A DNA stretch of 64,000 nt. Origin: the human T2T-CHM13v2.0 reference genome, Homo sapiens. The translations under genes and the position numbers were made by a program. This document shows positions 1 to 13,194 of this stretch, in pieces. Numbering within the stretch: position 1 is the stretch's first letter; each line of letters begins with the position of its first letter. The DNA is taken from NCBI RefSeq assembly GCF_009914755.1, contig NC_060936.1, one strand, 5' to 3'. Under the pieces are notes generated by a model, which was not told the origin of the DNA, made no database searches, and was given only the letters and a program-made list of their open reading frames with translations.

Positions 1-267
1 TGCTTCACATAGGATTTATTACAGAATTGTATTTACAGTGAGTTTGAGTAGAGTATTAAAATGTGAGTCTGCTGTAGTCTTATTAATTCATTATTAATTA
101 TTCATTCAAATATTTATTGCTCAATGGTGGGGTTCCAAATTCTGGGCTAGACAGCGAAGCATTTCCTCCTAGGGCATGCAATGCATTGGAGGATACTAAA
201 TGATGACACTAACAAACGTAAATCATGAAAGAACAAGTCTTAAAAGCTCATTTTAAAGCAAGTAAAA

Positions 268-441
268 GTATAATTGGAATTTTCCTAACACAAAGAAGTG
301 ATAAATGCTTGAGGGGATGGAGACTCCATTTACCCTGATGTGATTATTATACATTGCATGCCTGTACCAAAATATGAGGTATTTATCCCATAAATACATA
401 TGCCTACTATGTACCCATAAAAATTTAAAATTAAAAAAAAA
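268..441 (+). mobile_element. L1MA-type LINE-1 3' end fragment
   Basis: GATAAATGCTTGAGGGGATGG...CCTGATGTGATTATT...CTACTATGTACCCA followed by an A-rich tail; typical L1MA 3'UTR. Confidence 0.8.
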
Positions 442-667
442 TTCTTAAAAGTTCATGATGAAGGAACGTGTCCCTGTTAAGGAGGTTGGAGAATTCTTCC
501 ATGAGAAACTGACTATTGATCTCACTATGGTGAATCAACAAGTAGAAGATAAGAAGATGCAGATGGGAGAGACAGGAGTTCCAGAAAGAGGGGAAAGCAC
601 ATCTAAAGGGCCTGCAGCAAGAAAGACCATGGGGAAGACAAGGAACTGAAGAAAATCCTTGTGGCAG

Positions 668-1232
668 TGATGCAGGACACGTGGGCCCCAAAATTGGGGC
701 TTAGCCTGGGAGCGTTCTTGGCTTTGTCCAGGAAATAATTCAAGGGTGAGCTAATGGTGTTGGACAGCAATTGTTTATTGAATGGTACTGTTCCTTGTGG
801 AGCAGGGCTAACTCATAGTCAGTGTGTCCAGAGTCAGCAGCCTATGGGCTATTGGCAACGGTATTCATACCCACTTATACCTACTTTCAATTATATGCAA
901 ATTATGGAGTGGTTAATGCAAATTGAAGGTGGGTTATTTCAAACTTTCTAGAAAAGGGGTGGTAACTTCCAGGTCACTGTCGTGGAAAGGGGTGGTGGCT
1001 TCCTGGTTGTTGTCATGGCAATTGTAAACTGTCATAACACTGGTGGGAATGTCTTATGCTAAGTCACAGTGATGGCAGCTACGGATTGTTTTCAGCACCA
1101 TCTGCTGGTTTCAGCCAGTTTCTTCACTGGACCAGATCTGGACCCATCTGGAGCAGATCCCATCTGGACCAGATCCTGTTTTGGTCAGCAGGGTTGTGAC
1201 CAGAAAAGAAGTCCTGCCAGTCTCCTACTTCA
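668..1232 (-). mobile_element. ERV1 solo LTR, MER41-related family
   Basis: TG...CA termini; contains reverse complement of the MER41-like core (GGTAACTTCC...CATGGCAATTGTAAACTGTCAT...GGTGGGAATGTCTT); subfamily uncertain. Confidence 0.7.
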
Positions 1233-1506
1233 GTTGGAGCTGGAAGATGAGATATCACACAGAAGGAGGAGGCTGGACAGAGAAGGAGATGCCTGAGGAT
1301 GCCATACTTTGGAGGAAGACACCAAAATTTCTTCTAAAGAGGGAGGCAGCACCATCTGATTTGTGGTTAAAACATCACTTTGGCTGTAGGAGGGAGATTA
1401 GGTTAGAATGAAAGAAGTAGTTGGCAGTGCCTGACATAACCCCTGCTGTATACATCACTGCCGAGCAAAATAATTAACAGCATTAGCAGTGATGACAGCA
1501 GCACCA

Positions 1507-1760
1507 GTAACAGCAAACACTGAGAGTTCCTTTATGCAAAGCAGCATGCTAAGTGCTTTGCCTGCACTCTCTAATTTATTCCTAACAGTCACAGTCTAAT
1601 TTATTCCTAACAGGAGAGAAACATTAGTATCTCTATTATACAGAAGAGGAACACTGAGGCTCAGAGAGATAGAGGCTTGTCCCAGTCATTCAGCTTGTAA
1701 GCATCAGTGGTAGGACACACAACCAGACAGTCTGGCTTCACAGTGCCTGACCTTAACCAT
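1507..1760 (-). mobile_element. MIR SINE
   Basis: ACAGAAGAGGAACACTGAGGCTCAGAGAG core and CAGACAGTCTGGCTTC...CTTAACCAT end; internal 19-bp direct duplication TCTAATTTATTCCTAACAG. Confidence 0.75.
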
Positions 1761-3788
1761 GAAGAACAGTTGTTCAAACAGGTATAGACTTCCTCAAGTC
1801 ATTTTTTGAAAGAGAGGTTTGTATAAGATGCCATTGAATATATAATTGGGCTCAAATAAAGTAGGTAAGTATAAAACTATGCACTTATGAGATATAGACA
1901 GAATTAACAGTCATAAACTCATATGCTTACTAGGTCCATATTGGTAAAAATAAGCTGGCCAGACCAAGACAGTGGGAAGGACTGTGGGAACTACAGATTT
2001 CACACCCTATAGATGCAGAAGCTGTCTTTTTTTTCTCCCTGTTTGTCGCTAGGCAGATGCATGGTCTGAGAACTGCCAGATATCATAGTTTTTCCAAGAG
2101 ATACCAGGTAGATGGCATTGAATGTGAATGCTTCCAGGTTTTGAATTCACATAAGCAACTATTTTTGTTGTTAACATTGCCCAGGTCAGCACTAAATGGG
2201 CAAAGCAGAGAAGCAATAGGCCATTAGATAAAATGCCGCCTGCAGAGGTCAGTTAAAACTTTTAGATTTGGCTTTCGATTTGGGATTTGAGCTGCGTGGA
2301 ATTGCTTCAGATGATTGGTCTGTATGCTGCAAGCTCAGCCCAGCAGGCCACTGGCTGTTGGTTCTGGGTGTTTTTAGCAATCCTCCTAACTCAAGGCCGT
2401 AGAGACCAGCTCTTGATACATTTGACATAGACTTCACGTCTGAGCTTAGAGGCATGGAAGAATGAACTTGCTTAATCAATCATGAGGCACAAAGAGCAAA
2501 GCCTCCAGGCATATTAAGGGCATTATTCATCTAAGACAGATTGATGTCTTTCCACTCACCACTGAAGTATCAGCCCCTGTAAGGAATCTAAACCAGAGCC
2601 TTGAATTACAAATCAAAGAAGAGCAATAATAGGGGAAAAGTAAATATAAGTTAGTGTACAACTTCCTGAGTTCGACTTGAGGCCGTGTTCACTTGCTGCT
2701 GTGTGAACATTATTTCTCATTAAACTAATCTGAGTTGCACATGTAAATGAGGTCCACAAAGTCCAAGGCTGCCGGAGTATCTGGCTACGTGATCTCGGCA
2801 TGTTTCCATTTAATGTTTCCTGTGCTTCCTTGTAACTCCAAATAGAATCATGGAAATCTGTTTAACAACAAAATGAAAAGAAAATAAAGTTGGACTGGAA
2901 AATGTATTGACTTCTCTATGGACAGAAATAAAACAATGTACTGGTTTTTGAACTCAAAGAACTATGTTTTTCATCAGTTCCAATTATAGGCCCAAAGAAT
3001 AGGAATGATGCTATATCTTAGCAGAAAGACAGAGTCAGATTGAGAATCAGGGTCATCTTAGTGGATAAATGCAATTAATAAAAACACACAGAAAAAAAAG
3101 GCAAAGTGCATATATTTTGTATTTGAAGTAAACTCCATACATACTTTTTATTTGATGAAGAATAAGTTTTCTTAGATTTGTTGTGGTTGTGTTTGACCCT
3201 TTAAGCAAATCAGCTATTAGATGTTATACTGCACAAGGGTGGGTACCATAACTATTTGATAAACCAACATCAATCTATTACCTTGCAGAGTACTGGGAAC
3301 ATATCTGATTTCCAAACACAGGTACTCTAGCTGCATACGGCCACATAGCTTGTATTCCAGGGTCTAAGAATTGTGGATGCCTGAATGCCTGGGCATTCTT
3401 GAAAGAGGATGACATATATTGGGATGATCATGAATATAGATATATCAGAAATTTAGAAAATGTAAAAATTAATAACATGTGTTCTTTCTCTGCCCAAATC
3501 TTGGATAACTCACATCCTCTAACTGGTCTTCCTATCCTTTAGTTAGCATACATGAGTGTTTCCCAAGCAGAGAGTTGTGGCTCTGTGAGAACACAAGCTG
3601 ATTTTAGCCAACACTAGGCACAACAGCGGAAAACATTACATCATTTGGTGAGAAATTATTTCTATTTTAATTTTCTTTTACTTCCTGTTACATCAAGGAA
3701 GAGTCTAACAAGATTTTCACAATTTCTAATTTTTCTGTCTGGAAAATAGAGACCCAGCCTCAGTCTTGGAATTCTTTAGTGTGTAAGA

Positions 3789-4328
3789 GTACCGTTCAAC
3801 CTGGACATCCTATTACTGGGTATATGCCCAAAGGAATATAAACTATAACACAAACAGGTATATTCATTGCAGCACTATTCACAATAACAAAGAGATGGAG
3901 TCAATCTAAATGCCCATCAATGATAGATTGGATAAAGAAAACGTGGTAAATATACACCATGGAATACTATGCAGCCATAAAAAGAACAAGATCATGTCCT
4001 TTGCAGAGACACGGATGGAGCTGGAGACCATCATCCTTAGCAAACTATGCAGGAACAGAAAACCAAATACCACATGTTCTCACTTATAACTGAGAGCTAA
4101 ATGATGAGAGCACGTGGACACATAGAGGGGAACAATGCATGATGGGGCTTATTGGAGGGTGGAGGGTAGAAGGAAGGAGAGGATCGGGAAAAATAACCAA
4201 TGGGTACTAGGCTTAATACCTGGGTGATGAAATAATCTATACAACAAACCCCCATGACATAAGTTTACCTATGTAACAAACTTTCACTTATACCCCTGAA
4301 CTTAAAATAAAAGTAAAAAAAATAAAAG
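3789..4328 (+). mobile_element. L1PA13-16-like LINE-1 3' end
   Basis: ORF2 C-terminal/3'UTR motifs ATACACCATGGAATACTATGCAGCCATAAAAAG and GGGTACTAGGCTTAATACCTGGGTGATG; A-rich tail. Confidence 0.9.
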
Positions 4329-4470
4329 TCTTCAGCAAAAATTCTACATTATTGAATCATCTGATTGTACTTCTATAGTTATCTTCTATATTAACCAGAA
4401 TTTAGCCAAGGAAGCAGAACTGAAACGAGTGTTGTAGAATAGAGAATGTGTTATAGGCATAACATCATTC

Positions 4471-4672
4471 CAGTGGTTCTCAGCAGGGGATGGTTTTGTT
4501 CTCCCTGCCTTCCAGGGGACATTTTTGGTGGTCAAAACTGGGGATGTGCTGATGGCATTTAGTACACACAAGACAAGGATGCTGCTAAACATCTGGCAGT
4601 GTCCAGGACAGATCACCACAACAAAGGACTGTCTGGCTCAATATGTCCATAGTGCCGAGGTTGAAAAGCCCT
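4471..4672 (+). mobile_element. MER20 (hAT-Charlie MITE)
   Basis: CAGTGGTTCTCA start, AGGATGCTGCTAAACATC core, GTGCCGAGGTTGAAAAGCCCTG end. Confidence 0.85.
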
Positions 4673-6161
4673 GCCTTACCAATTGCGAGGGGAGCTGGCA
4701 CAGTATAAAGAAGTCTGTAGAGAGCTGTGCCTCTGGGCTGGGGGTGGGGCTGGGGTCATTGTTGTTCATCAGGGGCAGAGGTTGCAACAAGAGCTGGAGG
4801 CAGAGCAAGGAGAGAGAGAATGTTCTGGAAGCTGCCAGCATCTCTGGGTCTGTTTCTCATTGTATGACAACCTTCTGAGCATAGTGGCTACTGCTCCATT
4901 TCTGTTTTCCAAACCTCCCTTGAATTTTTCTTTCAACAACTTTTATCTTCGATGCAGAAAAAGAGATTCCATGCAATGAAACGGCAACATCACCAGCTTA
5001 GTGACAGTTTATATCCACATACATTGCATATATCAGGGAAAAGAATTTTTCCATTATCATGTATCATAAAGTTTATTTTGTAAGCAAATAAAAGGAAGTT
5101 AAACAAATAAGCATATTTAAAAATACATATTGAGCAAATGTCAAAACCTGTAACTAGTTCATAAATAACATGCTTGTGATACATTAAAATTAATCCTGAC
5201 ATCCCTCCTCCATCCTTAACATTCGATCTTTTTATGATAGGTACTCCTGTATTGCTTGAACAATATCCATTGCATTTGTATGTCACAGAAACAGCCCTCT
5301 GACATGTTGAGGTAACCATAAGTCTGGGTAAAAATAAAGATTACTTTTCACAATCTTTTTTAGAGATAGAGATGGCCAAGGGTCATAGTTTTGGATAACC
5401 AGGTATAAGTGGATGTTGTTGAATAGAACTTTCAGGGAAGCTCTTTAAAAAGATGCTGACTCAGTTGCATTTAATCCTTTCTAGTTTTCCCGTTCCTGGG
5501 GATGTTGATGCAATGGCTGGTGTTACAGAAGCCACTTGCAGTAAGACAATGTAAGGATGACAGTGGGTGACGAAAATGACTGAAGCTTAAAGGTAGACTG
5601 AGCCTTAGAAAAAATGATGGCAATTAAGTTTCTCTGAACTATCTCTGGACTACCCATCACAAAATTATACAGTGGTATGAGAAAAAGAAAAGTCCAGCCT
5701 CTTTGAGGTATTTCCGGTTCTATGTTATTGGAAATATATTCACTTCTAATTCTTATCCTTTTTGTGTTTGAAAAACATGGCCTCAAACCTCTGTTTCCAA
5801 ATTTAAAGTATATGAATCCATTTACCATTACTATATTTCCACCTTTTCACTTCACCTTTGAACCACCCAATTTGAGTAAGTAATGTTGATAGCTTTTATT
5901 TTCCTTTTCTTTTTTTTTACAATTCAGTGATAATGCTATTTATTTCCATGAAAACCTTGACAGTTTTTCTTTGATAATCCAATTGCTAAGCCAAAGGGGA
6001 TTGTTGCTTTAATTTTTTTTTAAAAATGAGGATTGCTCATTTTCTGTCCCTAAACTTTGTGATATCTTTAAAATTGCCACTCTCTGCACCCCACATCTGT
6101 ATCTTCTGTTACCTAATTAAAAAAAGAATCAGGAGTATCGTGTGTCACTAATCATCTGAAC

Positions 6162-6379
6162 CAGTGGTTCTCAAATGGGGGTAAGTTTATTCTTGGGAAA
6201 ATCTGGAAATGTGAAGACATTTTTGGTTAGAAGCACTCAGGGGCTGGGGAAGGACTTGCTCCTGGCAGCGAGTGGGTGAAGACCAGGGATGCTGATAGAC
6301 CTCAGCACTTCACAGGACAGCACACACACAGAACAGTGATCCAACTCAGCGTCACTAATGCTCAGGTTGAGAAACCCTG
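6162..6379 (+). mobile_element. MER20 (hAT-Charlie MITE)
   Basis: CAGTGGTTCTCAAA...CCAGGGATGCTG...CAGGTTGAGAAACCCTG. Confidence 0.85.
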
Positions 6380-7497
6380 ATTTAAGTAAAATGGTTTGAA
6401 ATTTAGAAGGATTTTACAGGGAAGGGAAATGCGACCTTGTGAGAATTAAAAAGGAACTGTTTTCAAATGAGGTGAAAACTGTGGTAAAAACACGTTCTTG
6501 TGAGTGGCCCTCACTGCTCCACGTCCTGGGGTGATTCCCAGGAGATAAATCAAATTTCTATTTGTTAGCAAATATTGTAGTTTAAATTCTGAGTACCTCT
6601 AGGCAGTGGGGATTAGTGGCGAGGCACAGGACCTGCAGTGAACTGCAATCAAAGCCTCCAAATTACAGTGCAGAAGGGGTTAAGATTGGGTAGGGCTCAA
6701 TAATTGACAGCTTACACTAATGGCTCTAAATTGTGAATAATGTTCTTTGTTCTCGGCTTTCATAAATTAATAATTAAGGGGAAAATTCAGTATTTTTGAC
6801 CCTTGAAAAATCTTGCATCATTCATATTCAACTCTTAAGAAACAAAAGCTTTGCATGATTAGTATAATGTGTTTTCAGAAAAAGCTAAAAATGATTATAT
6901 ATCATCAGAAAATCTGTATATTACTACCTAAATATCAATATTTTTACCATAAGATAATTGTATGGAAAAACGTTAGTTCATAGAAGTGATAGACAACTAT
7001 TAATTTTATACTACATATAAAATTATATATCCTTTGAATTTTCTATTAGAGTGAAAAAATGAAAGAAAAATTCTGACTTTCTCTATTATAGTTTCACATT
7101 CACAAAATGTAGACCATGTTTGCAAACAGGCCCCCTGTAGAGGAACTCTGCCATTGTGTGTATCTACAATGGCCACTCAGGCAAAGCATGAACCACACCT
7201 GATCTAAGTCTGGGAAGAACCCCTTGGGATGCTTTTGAACATGACAGGAGGGGAGGCCTCTGGAGCTGCTCTGAGACTCTCCCTTGCTCTCCTCCCTCTC
7301 TCTCCTGGGAGGCTACCATGAAGCATGAGCTCCTGGATTCTGATGTGGCATGAGGCATTTTGCCTTTCCTCCTGTGGAATGGAGCAGCAGACTACAAAAC
7401 CACTTAGCTGCATTGACTCTATTAGTGTTGTCTTTTTGGTGTGTGGAACAAGGAACTGAGGGTGCAATCAAGTGTCTGCATTTAAAAGCAGCTTATT

Positions 7498-7979
7498 ATA
7501 AACATCATGTGCATGTTGCAGCACTATTCACAATAGCAAAGACTTGGAACCAACGCAAATGTCCATCAGTGATAGACTGGATGAAGAAAATGTGGCACAT
7601 ATACACCATGGAATACTATGCAGCCATAAAAAAGGATGAGTTCATGTCCCTTGCAGGGACATGGATGAAGCTGGAAACCATCATTCTCAGCAAACTATCA
7701 CAAGGACAGAAAACCAAACACCACATGTTCTCACTCATAGGTGGGAATTGAACAATGAGAACACTTGGACACAGGGCAGGGAACCTCACACACCGGGGCC
7801 TGTCAGGGGGTGGGAGGCTGGGGGACGGATAGCATTAGGAGAAATACCTAATGTAAATGACGAGTTGATGGGTACAGCAAACCAACATGGCGCATGTATA
7901 CCTATGTATCAAATCTGCACATTGTGCACATGTACCCTAGAACTTACAGTATAATAAAAAAGAAATGAAAAGAAAAAAA
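7498..7979 (+). mobile_element. 5'-truncated L1PA5/6-like element with 19-bp 5' inversion
   Basis: L1PA 3' end (GGATAGCATTAGGAGAAATACCTAATGTAAATGACGAG); TSD AAAAGCAGCTT at 7484 and 7976. Confidence 0.92.
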
Positions 7980-8915
7980 GCAGCTTGTTGTGTTTTCTAT
8001 CAGTGGAATTGGTCAAGCCTGGGCCTTGGCCTGGTCTTGTCTGGCTTGCTGGCCGTCTCCACACCTAGAATAATGGAAAGCCACTGTAGGGTAGCTAAGT
8101 TTGGAAACCCCACTATGCGGGATAAAAACATAAGGTGCTGCCATGAAATAGCTCACAATTGGGGTAAACTCAAATGCCAGTAGGATCAATGCAAGATAAG
8201 GAAGGACAATGGGATTACTGTACACAAACGGTGAATATGTTGAACTAAAGACATCGTGCTTCTTCCGGATGCATGCAGGGCTGAGCTCCAAGCAGCTGTT
8301 GTCATGGAGGAATCTGAGCATTATGTTGCTGTTTTTTTTAGTTTTGTTTTGTTTTCCTGATAATTCTATCAGCATATAATCCACGTTTGACTCCGCTATG
8401 GTCAATCATTTTACATAAGCATGTCCTTTCTGATTTCATCCGTAGAACTAAATTCAGTTCCTAGTTCTGCTACTTTCAGACTTTGTGGTATTTTGCAAGT
8501 CACTTACCTTTATTTTCTACAAATGAGAAAATATAATAATACCAGCTTTTATATGTTTGGGGTTATTTCAAATACAGAAAAGTTAGAAGTTATAGAATCT
8601 TGAAATCAAACTGACTTAAAGAACAAGAAAATTGCTCTTTTCACATAATGATAAGTTCGGGAGATGACAAGCCACACAGCCAGTTTACTCGGGGGCCCAG
8701 TGATGTGTCATGAGAATAGACTCCGTTAGGGCTAAAACCACTGTGAAAAACAATGTTCTTTCTACTCTACACTAAAAAGGCAATGAGTGGGCACAGAGAG
8801 AATGGCAACTCACCAAGAGACAGAAATTGAGAAGAAAGGACCGGTCAGGGAGGAGGAGAACAGTGTTCTAAACACGTCCACATTCATTAAGTAGATTGAG
8901 TTATAAATTTTCAAA

Positions 8916-9211
<296 letters not shown>

Positions 9212-10000
9212 TCAATTGTATTTCTAGATTGTGGCAATGAGCAATCTGAGAATAAAATTAAGAAAAAAATTCTATTTACAATAGCAGTAAAAAGAATGAA
9301 TCATGAATAAATTTTAAAAAGAAGTACAAACTTATACTCTGAAAATTAAAAACATTGGTGAAAGAAATTTAAAAATCTAAAATAGTGAAAAAGATTCTAT
9401 GCAACTGAAAGGCTTAATAACATTAACATGATAATACCTCTCAAATTAATCTAAAGGCAAGACTCAATTCCTGTCAAAATTCTAGCTGACTTCTCTTTGG
9501 TAACTGATAAGCAGACTGTAAAATTCATATGGAAATTTAAGAAACCTATAGTAGCCAAAACAATTTTGGTAAGAAAGAACGATGTTGAAAGATTCACAAT
9601 CCTCAATTTCAATACTTACTACAAAGCAATTATTAAAAAAATGGGGGGAGTGTAATATTGGTATAGGAATCAACTTTCAGATCAAAGAAACAGAAGTTAA
9701 AAATCCAGAAATAAATCCTCAAGTTTATGATCAATTGACTTTCAACAAGGGTCTCGAGACCATTCAGTGGAAAAAAAAAAATGTAATGTTTTCAACAAAT
9801 GGCCCTGGGATACTAGTCCCATTAAAAAAAAAAAAGTAGGACTGCTCCTTCATACATGTACATAAATTAATTCAAAATAGATCAAAGACCTGCATGTAGG
9901 ATCCAAAACTATAAAACGTCTATAAGAAAATCAGATATAAATATGCTCAACTTTGGATTGGGCAATGATTTCTTAAATCCAGTACCGAAAGCTGGACTTA
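9212..10000 (+). mobile_element. Old L1M ORF2 fragment
   Basis: Degenerate ORF2 (AAAATTCATATGGAAA, CCAGAAATAAATCC...GATCAATTGACTTTCAACAAGGG). Confidence 0.85.
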
Positions 10001-11460
10001 ACACTTTGTACAGGAAAATCTTTCCCAGTTTCAAATTCAATGTGGATTTCTTGGTTCTGCATGGGATCGTCTGGCACCTAACCAGCCCCACTACCATGTC
10101 TGTCCTTGAAAGGAGGTGTTGGGGTTCTGGTGCAGCAACACCAGAGGGGTGCCTGCAGGCTGATTGCCCTGCCCCAGCTGCTGGGAGGGAATCTCTGGTC
10201 GTAGAAGGCCAACGACCACCAACAAAGGTGATCTTGTTCTGTCTTTTCTATGTGAATAAGACAGTCTACTCAGTGCTTGACTGACTTGTATTTTCCTTGG
10301 TGACTCTGATACCAAGATGCAGTGGGCAGGAAGGCTTGGACTTCTGCTCCTGGTGATTTAGGCAGCAGGTACCACTTGTTCAGCAGTGATGGATGCACAA
10401 CTCTGAATATACTAGTCGCCACTGAATTGCACACTAAGAGTGTGAATTCTTATTGTATATGAATTACATTCCAATAAATCTACTTAAAAGATACGTTATT
10501 GAGATGATTAAATGGAGTAAATAATTAAACCGCAGTAAGATAGATAAGACAATTAATTAAAATAATGTCTATGAGCCTAAGCATGGTGCTTGGCTTATTG
10601 TAAGCATTTGATAAATATTAATTCTACCACTTATTATTTTCTCATCCTCCTCATCCAGTCCCTCCCAACATTTTTATTAATAACTTGAAGATATCCTTTA
10701 TTTGAAATGCATGATTTGTCATTTTGTTTTGTTCTTAACTGAATACTGACATTTTCATGCAGAAGGATAACTATTTACAGATCTAGTTCTGCTTTTTCGT
10801 AAGCAGCTATGGCTAGTTCCACTAACTCCTTTGGAAAGAAGAAGGAAGCCCTCAGAGCTGGAGAGCCAAGGCAATAGAACAGGGCACCTGTGTTGGCCAG
10901 TAATAAAGTCAGCCCACTGGTACCCTGGGCAGCATCCATCCCTACACCCCCAACATGGGCACTAGAGCAGCCACTTGTAGGAACAATAAAGTTACCTTTG
11001 CAGACGTAAAACCACTCAGCACACCAAGTCAAATCTACCTTTTCTGACAAAGTGTTTATTTTGCAATATTAAAAACTAATTTTCTTTAATTATAAACCCC
11101 TGTAAGTGATCTAAATACTATTTTCTAAAATCAGATATATACATTTTCTGGGTTTACAGATGAGCATCAGGAAGTCACTATATGACAGATATGCTATAAT
11201 CTTTTTCTATAATTTATAATAGCAATTTTTACTTTTTCAAATTCAAAATTTACTTTTTCAAATACTAATAAATATTAAAATAGAAAAAAGGAAACTATAG
11301 AAGACATAAATCAATACAAAGATATCCCATGCTCATGGATCAAGATACTTGATATGGTAAGATGGCAATACTTCCTAGATGGATCTACAGACTGAAGACA
11401 ATCGCTATCAAAACCCAGGTGATTTCTCTGCAGAAATTAACAAGCTAATGCTTATATGTA

Positions 11461-12120
11461 CAGCCACGCATCACTTAAAGAAGTAGATATGTTCTGACAA
11501 TTGCTCCCTTAGGCAATTTTGTTATTGTGTGAACATGATAGAGTGTACTTACACAAACCTGGATGGCAGAGCCTACTACACACCTAGGCTATATAGTATA
11601 TCCTATAGCTCGCAGGCTACAAACCTGTACAGCATGTTACTATTGGATAGTAATAGTATTGAATACTGTAGCAATTAGAACACGATGGTAATTATTTGTG
11701 TATCTAAACTAGAAAATCTTCAGTAAAAACATGGCATAAAAGATTTTTAAAATGTCTAGGTCTAGGCCACTTAGCATGAATGAATGTCTAGGCCACTTAG
11801 CATGAATGAAAGCATGAATGAAGCTTGCAGGACAGGAAGTTGCTCTGGGTGAGTGAGTGAGTGAGTGGTGGGTGAACACGAAGCCCTACGACATTCCTGC
11901 ACTATGCTATACTATATACTTTTATATGACTGGCAGCACAGTAGGTTTGTTTACACTAGAATCACCACAAACACCATGTGAGTAGCACATTGTACTATGA
12001 CTTACAACAGCTACAATGTGACTAGGTGATAGGAATTTTTCAGCTCCATTGTAATGTTATGGGACCACCTTTATATACACAGTCTGATGACTCACATGTC
12101 TTTTACACAGTGCATGATTG
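11461..12120 (-). mobile_element. Tigger3 (Golem)-derived TcMar element
   Basis: TA target duplication on both sides; CAGCCACGCATCACTTAA and CAGTGCATGATTG termini; GGCTACAAACCTGTACAGCATGTTACT core. Confidence 0.85.
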
Positions 12121-12838
12121 TATACGGAAATGCAAGGAACCAGAATAGACAAAAACAATACAGAAAAAAAAAATACAGACAAAAACAATACAAAAAAATT
12201 ACAGAAAAAAACAAAGTTTGGAATCAAAGACTTCTTGATTCCAAAGCTTACTACAAAGCTACAGTAATCAAGACAGTATAGTACTTTCATAAGATTAGAC
12301 ATGTAGACTAATGGAAAAGAAATGAAGTCCACAAATAATGCCAAGTGCTTAGTGAGGAAGTGGAAACATTTCAGCACTCATTCATTGCTGGTGGAAATGT
12401 AAAGTGGTGGTGCAGTCACCTTGGAAACAGCTTGGCAATTTCTCAAAATATTTAGGATACAGGTACAATATGTCTTAGCAATTCCACTCCAAGCAATTCC
12501 ACCCAAGAGAAATGAGGACACCCACACAACAACCTGTGAAATTAATGTTCATGACACCATTACTAACAATAGCCCCAAATGGAAATCACCCAAATGTCAA
12601 TGATAAGTGGATAATTTGAAAGTAGTTTATCCATATAATAGAATAATATTCAGCCATTGAAAGGAATAAAGTTTTGATTCAACATGGATGAATATTAAAA
12701 ATATTATGCCAATTAAAAGAAGCTAGTCACAAAAGTTAACTTACATACATTTAATTTATATAAAATGTTCAGAACAGGTAAACATGTAGAGACAGAAAGT
12801 AGATTAGTCATTTCCTAGAGATTTATGGGGTTGGGAGG

Positions 12839-13194
12839 TGGTATGGTTTGACTGTGTCCCCACCCAAATCTCATCTTGAATTCCCACGTATTGAGGGAGG
12901 GACCTGGTGGGAGGTGATTGAATCATGGGGGCAGGTCCTTCCTATGCTGTTCTCATGGTAGTGGGTGGGTCTCAGAAGATCTGATGGTTCTAGAAGGGGG
13001 AGTTTCCCTGCACAAGCTTTCTCTTTTTGCCTGCTGCCATCCATGTAAGACTTGACTTGCTGCTCCTTGCCTTCTGCCATGATTGTGGACCCTCCCCAGC
13101 CATGTGGAACTATAAGTCCAATAAACCTCTTTCTTTTGTAAAATGCCCAGTCTCAGATATGTCTTTATCAGCAGTGTGAAAATGCACTAATACA
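12839..13194 (+). mobile_element. THE1B-like MaLR solo LTR
   Basis: TGGTATGGTTTGACTGTGTCCCCACCCAAATCTCATCTTG...CTAATACA; 5-bp TSD GGAGG/GAAGG. Confidence 0.92.

Noticed and set aside
7350-7751. 133-aa ORF
   Set aside because: C-terminal part is the L1 ORF2 tail (MWHIYTMEYYAAIKK) of a truncated L1PA.
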